In this document: piece after piece, positions 25,939 to 31,533 of the stretch
Layout: the number at the start of each line of letters is the position of its first letter
Position numbering within the stretch: the stretch's first letter is position 1
Virus record (IMG/VR): IMGVR_UViG_3300033475_000008
Location: 1 to 64,000 of that record
DNA from: a virus
Strand: one strand, 5' to 3'
DNA length: 64,000 nt
The notes under the pieces: model-generated
Told to the model about the DNA's origin: nothing
What the model saw: the letters and a program-made list of their open reading frames with translations, nothing else
The model's database searches: none
Position numbers and translations under genes: made by a program

Positions 25939-25988
25939 CGCAACCTACTGGTAGTGTATACGAGTAGGTGGTATGGTAGGCAAGACGG

Positions 25989-26062
25989 TCCAGGGTAGCC
26001 AAGCTGGTTAAGGCACCTCGCTCATAACGAGGAGATCGCGGGTTCGAGTCCCGTCTCTGGTA
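25989..26062 (+). tRNA. tRNA-Met/Ile2(CAT)
   Basis: Loop CT-CAT-AA. Confidence 0.85.
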
Positions 26063-26075
26063 CGCAGTAACACGG

Positions 26076-26148
26076 TGCGGGGTAGGCTAACGGTTACGCC
26101 GAAGGGCTCATAACCCTTTGCATGCTGGTTCGAATCCAGTCCCCGCCA
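26076..26148 (+). tRNA. tRNA-fMet(CAT)
   Basis: Loop CT-CAT-AA; three G-C pairs in the anticodon stem; 1:72 mismatch. Confidence 0.88.
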
Positions 26149-26161
26149 CGCAAGGTTCCAT

Positions 26162-26240
26162 GGGCGTCATGCTCCAAGGTGGAGCACCCGGCTGTAACCC
26201 GGACGCTAACGCACGGCAGGTTCGATTCCTGCGGCGCCCA
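26162..26240 (+). tRNA. tRNA-Tyr(GTA)
   Basis: Loop CT-GTA-AC; extended variable arm. Confidence 0.85.
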
Positions 26241-26241
26241 C

Positions 26242-26314
26242 TCTCCATTGGTGTAACCGGCAACACGCTTGACTCTGAATCAAGAGAGTCCTGGTTCGAA
26301 CCCAGGGTGGAGAG
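26242..26314 (+). tRNA. tRNA-Gln(CTG)
   Basis: Loop CT-CTG-AA; U1:A72. Confidence 0.9.
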
Positions 26315-26319
26315 CTCGA

Positions 26320-26394
26320 TCCCTGTTGGGCGAATTGGCAGAGCCGCCTGGCTTTGAACCAGGAGTCATCCAGGTTCGAACCCTGGACAGGGAG
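26320..26394 (+). tRNA. tRNA-Gln(TTG)
   Basis: Loop CT-TTG-AA. Confidence 0.9.
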
Positions 26395-26401
26395 CGCTTG
26401 A

Positions 26402-26473
26402 TCTCTCGTAGCTTAACGGCAGAGCGACGCACTGTTAATGCGTTAGGTCCTGGTTCGAATCCAGGTGAGAGAG
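26402..26473 (+). tRNA. tRNA-Asn(GTT)
   Basis: Loop CT-GTT-AA. Confidence 0.92.
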
Positions 26474-26476
26474 CGA

Positions 26477-26551
26477 GGTCGGAGGGATGCGGGTTCGAGT
26501 CCCGTCTAGTGGGTTAATCTCCACTGGTAGCTCAATGGCAGAGCACCGGCC
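26477..26551 (+). ncRNA. circularly permuted tRNA-like RNA (YrlA/Y-RNA-like topology)
   Basis: Order is GGTCGG, T arm, loop-closed acceptor stem CTAGTGG/CCACTGG, D arm, CCGGCC. Confidence 0.75.
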
Positions 26552-26555
26552 GTAA

Positions 26556-26628
26556 CTGGATGTCGCCTAGTGGTATGGCACCTGGTTTGGGACCAGGAAC
26601 AATGGGAGTTCGATTCTCCCCATCCGGA
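26556..26628 (+). tRNA. tRNA-Pro(TGG)
   Basis: Loop TT-TGG-GA. Confidence 0.9.
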
Positions 26629-26638
26629 CGCACCACTT

Positions 26639-26722
26639 GGAAGAGTCGCCTAGTGGCTATGGCGCCTCACTGCTAATGAGGTTGGGGTAACACCCTCGCA
26701 GGTTCGAGTCCTGTCTCTTCCG
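26639..26722 (+). tRNA. tRNA-Ser(GCT)
   Basis: Loop CT-GCT-AA; long variable arm; G73. Confidence 0.9.
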
Positions 26723-26808
26723 CCGTTGCGTTGGACTCAAGGAGCGTGCACCTCCTCCAGTGCGGCGAGCATTACTCCCTGGTCTCCCTCGGGACTGCCA
26801 GGGCTTTT

Positions 26809-26895
26809 GGAAAGGTCCGCCTATCGGTAACGGGCAGCACCTTGGAATGGTGTGAAGGTGTCACAGCCGTCGGGGTTCAACTCCCCGTCTTTCCG
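26809..26895 (+). tRNA. tRNA-Ser(GGA)
   Basis: Loop TT-GGA-AT; long variable arm. Confidence 0.85.
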
Positions 26896-26900
26896 CGCAG

Positions 26901-26972
26901 GTCAGTGTGGCTCAGTGGTAGAGCGCTTGCATGACACGCAAGAGGTCGAAGGTTCGAACCCTTCCATTGACA
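26901..26972 (+). tRNA. tRNA-Val(GAC)
   Basis: Loop AT-GAC-AC. Confidence 0.9.
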
Positions 26973-26973
26973 C

Positions 26974-27045
26974 GTCGTTGTGGTCTAGTGGTATGACGCC
27001 GCCTTGCCAAGGCGGAGACCGCGAGTTCGAATCTCGTCAACGGCA
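26974..27045 (+). tRNA. tRNA-Gly(GCC)
   Basis: Loop TT-GCC-AA. Confidence 0.9.
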
Positions 27046-27135
27046 CAAACGCGACGGCCTCGCGATCTGGTGTGAGTGCCAGAGAAGGTCACCTGAGGGT
27101 GATTCTAGGCGTGCCCTCGGGAGATCAGGCCAGCT

Positions 27136-27219
27136 GGAGAGCTGGACAGGTGGTGCGTCAAGCGGCCTTGAAAGTCGTCACCGTGAAAGCGGCTGGGGGT
27201 TCGATTCCCTCGCTCTCCG
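27136..27219 (+). tRNA. tRNA-Ser(TGA)
   Basis: Loop CT-TGA-AA; long variable arm. Confidence 0.85.
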
Positions 27220-27258
27220 CGGGTGCCAGGTGTTCCCCTAGTGGCCCTGGCACCGCTT

Positions 27259-27343
27259 GGAAGGTTCGACAGGTGGTGCGTCAAGCGTCTTCGAATGGCG
27301 TGGCGGTGTCAAGCCGTTGAGGGTTCGATTCCCTTGCCTTCCG
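27259..27343 (+). tRNA. tRNA-Ser(CGA)
   Basis: Loop TT-CGA-AT; long variable arm. Confidence 0.85.
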
Positions 27344-27344
27344 C

Positions 27345-27417
27345 GCACTTGTAGCTCAGTTGGTAGAGCACTCGCCTCGTAAGTGAGTGGCCGCAGGTTC
27401 GATCCCTGTCAGGTGCT
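27345..27417 (+). tRNA. tRNA-Thr(CGT)
   Basis: Loop CT-CGT-AA. Confidence 0.9.
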
Positions 27418-27428
27418 CTCGTAGTAAC

Positions 27429-27502
27429 GCTGGTATAGCTCAGTTTGGCAGAGCACCCGCCTTGTAAGCGGAAGCGCGTCGGTTCGAAGCCGGCTACCAG
27501 CT
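27429..27502 (+). tRNA. tRNA-Thr(TGT)
   Basis: Loop CT-TGT-AA. Confidence 0.9.
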
Positions 27503-27611
27503 CGGACCACGCCTTCGCGAGAAGACCTAGGCGCGTGGTGACAGGGTTCATGGTGAGAGATCGGTGTCACGGACCATGAAAGCTACCAGGGTGGGCAGGG
27601 TAGTGCAACAC

Positions 27612-27684
27612 CGGGATGTGGCCTAGTTGGTAAGGCACGTGACTGGGGGTCACGAGAGCGCTGGTTCGAGTCCAGTCATCCCGA
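27612..27684 (+). tRNA. tRNA-Pro(GGG)
   Basis: Loop CT-GGG-GG. Confidence 0.9.
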
Positions 27685-27782
27685 CGGAAGTGCCACCCCT
27701 CGAGATTCTGACGCTGGGGGCGCTGAGTTAAGACGCGTCAGGTCTTGGCTGGTTTGCCGGTACCAACCACCACCGGTTCTAG

Positions 27783-27853
27783 GCTCTTGTAGCTCAATGG
27801 GAGAGCGCCTCGTTCACACCGAGGATACGGAGGTTCGATTCCTCTCAAGAGTA
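27783..27853 (+). tRNA. tRNA-Val(CAC)
   Basis: Loop TT-CAC-AC. Confidence 0.9.
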
Positions 27854-27854
27854 C

Positions 27855-27926
27855 GGTGACCGTGGTGTAGCGGTAACACGCTTGACTGTGGCTCAAGCGT
27901 CACGGGTTCGATCCCCGTCGGTCACA
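27855..27926 (+). tRNA. tRNA-His(GTG)
   Basis: Loop CT-GTG-GC; encoded G-1; A73 rather than the usual bacterial C73. Confidence 0.88.
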
Positions 27927-28072
27927 CGCGTAGGGAGTCGCTGGTCCCCATGCACTAGCCGTTCTACTTCGAGTCGCGCACCGGCCAGCTACCGGGAAGA
28001 GTCAAAAGTGATGATCCACCGTCCGCTGGTGGAAGTAGAGCCAAGATAGAAGATCATCACAACCAGCACCAC

Positions 28073-28259
28073 GTGTCTGTAGCTCAGGATAGGACAGAGC
28101 GGCCCGAACAACGGAGGGCGGCAGGCAAGAGGTTTGCGGATGCACCGGGTCCGGGCCTGACGGTCACAAGCCGAAGGGTTGGGGTACCTTATCCCCCGGC
28201 AGGGAAGCGCGTTTGACCAAACTTGCCCATCAGCGTGGGTTCGAATCCCACCAGACACG
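28073..28259 (+). ncRNA. tRNA-like RNA with ~135-nt structured insert
   Basis: Perfect acceptor GTGTCTG/CAGACAC, Arg-like D arm and T arm GTGGG-TTCGAAT-CCCAC flank a long insert. Confidence 0.75.
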
Positions 28260-28269
28260 CGTAGTACGA

Positions 28270-28329
28270 GGGCCTAGTTACCCAAGGTGAGGGTGCGCGC
28301 GCAACCGGGTTCGACTCCCGCTAGGTCCA
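28270..28329 (+). ncRNA. mini tRNA-like RNA with G3:U70
   Basis: GGGCCTAG/CTAGGTCC-A; CGGG-TTCGACT-CCCG; no D or anticodon arm. Confidence 0.6.
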
Positions 28330-28330
28330 C

Positions 28331-28403
28331 GGGTCTGTAGCTCAGAGGACAGAGCCGCCGGCTTCTACCCGGCTGGTCGTGGGTTCGACTCCCACCGGGC
28401 CCA
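28331..28403 (+). tRNA. tRNA-Arg(TCT)
   Basis: Loop CT-TCT-AC; A20. Confidence 0.9.
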
Positions 28404-28419
28404 CTGGTTGAGATTGGTT

Positions 28420-28449
28420 GTTTACATCTAGTCGAGATCGTGGTATAGT
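28420..28449 (+). promoter_or_regulatory. GTTTACA-type promoter
   Basis: TTTACA-17 nt-TATAGT followed by leader AGCAGGACAGCAGGAA. Confidence 0.75.
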
Positions 28450-28499
28450 GGTTCTAGCAGGACAGCAGGAAGCAAAACTGAAGAGTGACGAGTAACGAT

Positions 28500-28575
28500 G
28501 AGTCTGTAGCACAGCGGATAGTGCAGCTGCTTCCGAAGCAGCAGGTCGGAGGTTCGAATCCTCTCAGGCTCACCA
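28500..28575 (+). tRNA. tRNA-Arg(CCG)
   Basis: Loop TT-CCG-AA; encoded CCA. Confidence 0.92.
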
Positions 28576-28578
28576 GCG

Positions 28579-28742
28579 ATGCTGGCACCAGGGCATAAGC
28601 GTGACGGTCAACCACGGCTGAGAGTCGGACTGATGAGCAACGGTCCACCTGGTGGAGGTGCGGGCACTAACGCGTGGTGGCGAGTGTACCAACAGATCCT
28701 CACCCTTCTTGCTCTGAGACTTACCACCTCAGAGCAAGAAGG
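28579..28742 (+). ncRNA. unknown structured ncRNA, copy A
   Basis: Paralogous to 28826..28986 with compensatory stem changes. Confidence 0.75.
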
Positions 28743-28746
28743 TCAA

Positions 28747-28819
28747 GCCTCTGTAGCACAGCGGATAGTGCGCCTGATTACGGATCAGGAGGCCGGGGGT
28801 TCGAATCCCTCCAGGGGTA
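28747..28819 (+). tRNA. tRNA-Arg(ACG)
   Basis: Loop TT-ACG-GA. Confidence 0.92.
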
Positions 28820-28825
28820 CAAGTG

Positions 28826-28986
28826 GTGCCAGTACCGGGGCACAAGCGGAGGGCAGCACTCCGGCTGAGAGTCGACTCGATGAGCAACGAGTCACCGGGT
28901 AGAGGTGAGTGAAGCTAACGGGTGGTGCCGAGTGGAACGACAGATCCTCAACCAGTCAGGCCCAGGGCTCACCACCCTGGGCCTGA
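28826..28986 (+). ncRNA. unknown structured ncRNA, copy B
   Basis: Paralogous to 28579..28742 with compensatory stem changes. Confidence 0.75.
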
Positions 28987-28991
28987 GTGGT

Positions 28992-29020
28992 GTTTACACC
29001 TCATCAAAGTGTGGTAGGAT
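28992..29020 (+). promoter_or_regulatory. GTTTACA-type promoter
   Basis: TTTACA-16 nt-TAGGAT. Confidence 0.6.
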
Positions 29021-29064
29021 AGAACCACCAGGGTGAACCTGGCAGAGTGATTGAGGAGACCACC

Positions 29065-29979
29065 ATGACCACGAGTACCATCGAGAACCGCACACTCCCC
29101 TGGTCCGGCTTGAGCACCGGTATCACCAGCGAGATCGTTGACAGCCAGAACCTGCTCCAGAGCGCTGGCTTGGATTTCGACGTCGCGATCCGACCCATGT
29201 GGCGTCGACTCAGTGACGGCAACTTCGTGCAGGACCTGCGTGACCGTGAGGTCTACCGCACCGACACGGAGCACAAGCTCGGCACCGTGAAGACTCGCTA
29301 CGAGATCTTCCAGAACCGAGACGCGTTCACCTTCGGTGACGAACTCGTCAAGGGCGGTCACGGTCAGTGGGTGGAGGCTGGCTGCCGCAACGACGGGCGC
29401 CACGTCTTCATGACCATGAAACTGGGTGAGGGGTTCACCGTCGCCGGGCAGGACGCCTACGACCTCTACCTCTTCCTCCGCACCAGCCACGACGGCTCCA
29501 CCGGCGTGTCCGCCCACGTGGTCCCGTTCCGGGTGTGGTGCCTCAACCAGACGGGACTGGTGATGAAGGAGCACGTGTCCTCCTGGACCGTGCAGCACAC
29601 GACCAGTCTGGCTCAGAAGCTGACTGAGGCGAAGGCCGCTCTCCAGCTCTCCCAGTCCTACGGGGCCGCCCTGCAGACGCGGCTGGAAGACCTGGTGAAG
29701 AACCCGGTCTCCAAGATGCACGTCAAGTCCCTGCTGGAGAAGATCGTCCCGGAGACTCGTCCCAAGCGGGAAGAAATGATCGACGGGATCATGAACAACC
29801 TGAAGGACTCCCCGAACCTGGAGGGGTACCGAGACACCGCCTACGGGGCCCTGAACGCGGTCACGGAGTGGTACGACCACCTGAAGACGCAGCGCACCCC
29901 GGTGGCCCGCTTCGACTCGATCATGGCGGGTGAGGGCGCGAAGATGCGCAACCAGCTGGCCCTCGCCTTGGCCGCCTGA
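29065..29979 (+). CDS. DUF932 family phage/plasmid protein
   Basis: PW..L, AGLDF.V, LG.V..RY...QN..AF.F, SHDGS, RVWC.N, TAYGA.NAVTEW.DH. Confidence 0.85.
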   Translation: MTTSTIENRTLPWSGLSTGITSEIVDSQNLLQSAGLDFDVAIRPMWRRLSDGNFVQDLRDREVYRTDTEHKLGTVKTRYEIFQNRDAFTFGDELVKGGHGQWVEAGCRNDGRHVFMTMKLGEGFTVAGQDAYDLYLFLRTSHDGSTGVSAHVVPFRVWCLNQTGLVMKEHVSSWTVQHTTSLAQKLTEAKAALQLSQSYGAALQTRLEDLVKNPVSKMHVKSLLEKIVPETRPKREEMIDGIMNNLKDSPNLEGYRDTAYGALNAVTEWYDHLKTQRTPVARFDSIMAGEGAKMRNQLALALAA

Positions 29980-29986
29980 CGACACA

Positions 29987-30016
29987 GACGCCCCGTGCCG
30001 CATGGCACGGGGCGTC
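29987..30016. terminator. hairpin terminator
   Basis: GACGCCCCGTGCC-GCAT-GGCACGGGGCGTC. Confidence 0.7.
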
Positions 30017-30045
30017 GAAGTTAGATTACGACTTAAGGAGTCACC

Positions 30046-30396
30046 GTGGTAAATCGTCGCACGTCTTGGTCCTACAGCTCAACCTCACCACACGGTGTGC
30101 CCGGTTTTGGTGGCTTCAGTAACGTGGCTGAACAGTTGACCAGTCTGAACGCTGATCGTCGAGTCACCAAGCAAGGCGTGTACATGTGGTGGCGTCGACG
30201 CGAGATCACCGGGTTCCCAGAGAAGCACTGCGTGACCATGCCCAACGGGACTCAGCAACAGTTGTTCAAGCTGGAGGAAACCGAGGAGTGGTTCGAGCGT
30301 TACCAGTCACGCAAGTCTGATCGAGCTCGTCGAGTTGACGAGTTCATTCAAAAGACGCGAGATGATGAGATGAGTGAACACGATGATCAGATTTAG
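30046..30396 (+). CDS. putative HTH DNA-binding protein
   Basis: GFSNVAE.L...VTKQGVYMW..R...GFP...LF.LEE..EW pattern (AlpA/excisionase-like). Confidence 0.55.
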   Translation: MVNRRTSWSYSSTSPHGVPGFGGFSNVAEQLTSLNADRRVTKQGVYMWWRRREITGFPEKHCVTMPNGTQQQLFKLEETEEWFERYQSRKSDRARRVDEFIQKTRDDEMSEHDDQI

Positions 30397-30589
30397 CACG
30401 AGAGTCGGTCGGCACTCTTGGGTGTCTATGCCCCTGTGGGTAGTCGTGGTCCTGCTGCCACTCTACTGGGCACTGGTGATCCTGGAGATCGAGGTTCGAG
30501 TCATGTGGTGGCTGCTGGTTGGTCTCGTCACTGGGATCGCAGCCCTCCTGAAGACATACCACCGTCGAACCGCAACGCGAGTGCCGTGA
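30374..30589 (+). CDS. small membrane protein
   Basis: Two hydrophobic segments; start uncertain. Confidence 0.45.
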   Translation: MNTMIRFSTRVGRHSWVSMPLWVVVVLLPLYWALVILEIEVRVMWWLLVGLVTGIAALLKTYHRRTATRVP

Positions 30590-31028
30590 GTTGATCCGTG
30601 AGCGCGTCCAATCGCTGGTCCACGTGGTCATCTTGCGCAGCCAGGTGTTGAGCCAGTTGAGTCAATGAGTCCAAGAGGGCCTCGGTGTCCTTGTAGGTCG
30701 CCTCAGCTCGCTTGTCAGCCGCAGCTGACTGCACGTTCTGTCCTACCATGATGATGGACAACAAGACCAGTTGCAGGAAGAAGCTGGCTAGCCACTGCAC
30801 GATCCCGAACATGCCGCCCTTGATCGCCTGAGGCAACGCCAGGCAGTCCAGGGCGGCAAACGCGTAGGCGCACCACATGGTCCCCACTACTCGAGTGGTC
30901 CACAAGGCGACGGTGGTATTGAACCGCTGTGTCCGGGTCCCTGTGGGGTGCTGGTCCCGCACCGTGACGGGTCCCTGCCTGAGGCGCTCGTCGTGCCAGG
31001 GATGTCTCAGGTGCTCAAAGACACTCAT
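30528..31028 (-). CDS. DUF1003-like membrane protein
   Basis: VGTMWCAY.F, FLQLVLLSIIMVGQN, DKRA..TY.D. Confidence 0.7.
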   Translation of the reverse strand: MSVFEHLRHPWHDERLRQGPVTVRDQHPTGTRTQRFNTTVALWTTRVVGTMWCAYAFAALDCLALPQAIKGGMFGIVQWLASFFLQLVLLSIIMVGQNVQSAAADKRAEATYKDTEALLDSLTQLAQHLAAQDDHVDQRLDALTDQLTALALRFDGGMSSGGLRSQ

Positions 31029-31525
31029 CAGACAGCTCCCAGGTACATGACGAAGAGTTCACGAGGGAAACCGCCAGAGTTTGGTGAGACCGGGGTGAAG
31101 GTGCCTGTCCCTGAAGCGCGTTGAGCGAAGAACGCGAAGGTGTTGAGACCCGTAGTAGGGGCGATGAATGAACCAGCCAGTGGGACAGCGATGCGGCTGG
31201 GACCAGACGAGGTAGTAGAAGTCCACTGCGACTGCGCAACCAGGGTGCTGGCCGACGTGGGAGTGGAAGCCGAGCCACTGTTGCGGATGTTGAGCAGGTA
31301 GATGTCACCTGCCACCGAGGTAAGACCAGTAAGACCGTTCATGGTCGCGAGGTACCGTCGACCCGCGATGAGTTGGCACTGATAGGTTCCCAGGACCGCG
31401 TCTTGAGTCTCCGTGGTACCCGAGGTGATAGTACCGTTCAAGGTGGCGCTGGTCGGGGTCTTATTGACTGGAACCGCAAGCTGCGCCGTGAGAGCCAGCA
31501 GCATGAGTTCGATCGTGGATGCCAC
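31028..31525 (-). CDS. tail-associated protein
   Basis: Thr/Ser-rich beta protein at the end of the tail operon. Confidence 0.55.
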   Translation of the reverse strand: MASTIELMLLALTAQLAVPVNKTPTSATLNGTITSGTTETQDAVLGTYQCQLIAGRRYLATMNGLTGLTSVAGDIYLLNIRNSGSASTPTSASTLVAQSQWTSTTSSGPSRIAVPLAGSFIAPTTGLNTFAFFAQRASGTGTFTPVSPNSGGFPRELFVMYLGAV

Positions 31526-31533
31526 GGGTCCTC

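Noticed and set aside
28073-28329. tmRNA or group I intron-containing tRNA
   Set aside because: Too short, no tag ORF, no recognisable group I core; the 28073 element lacks G3:U70
28630-28637. CTGATGAG hammerhead ribozyme core in ncRNA copy A
   Set aside because: Copy B has TCGATGAG, the motif sits in a hairpin, and no GAAA core partner follows
23800-29000. ORFs called over the tRNA array, and a possible CRISPR-like periodic repeat
   Set aside because: The periodicity is GGTTCGA T loops of tRNAs; the ORFs are incidental translations without RBS or motifs
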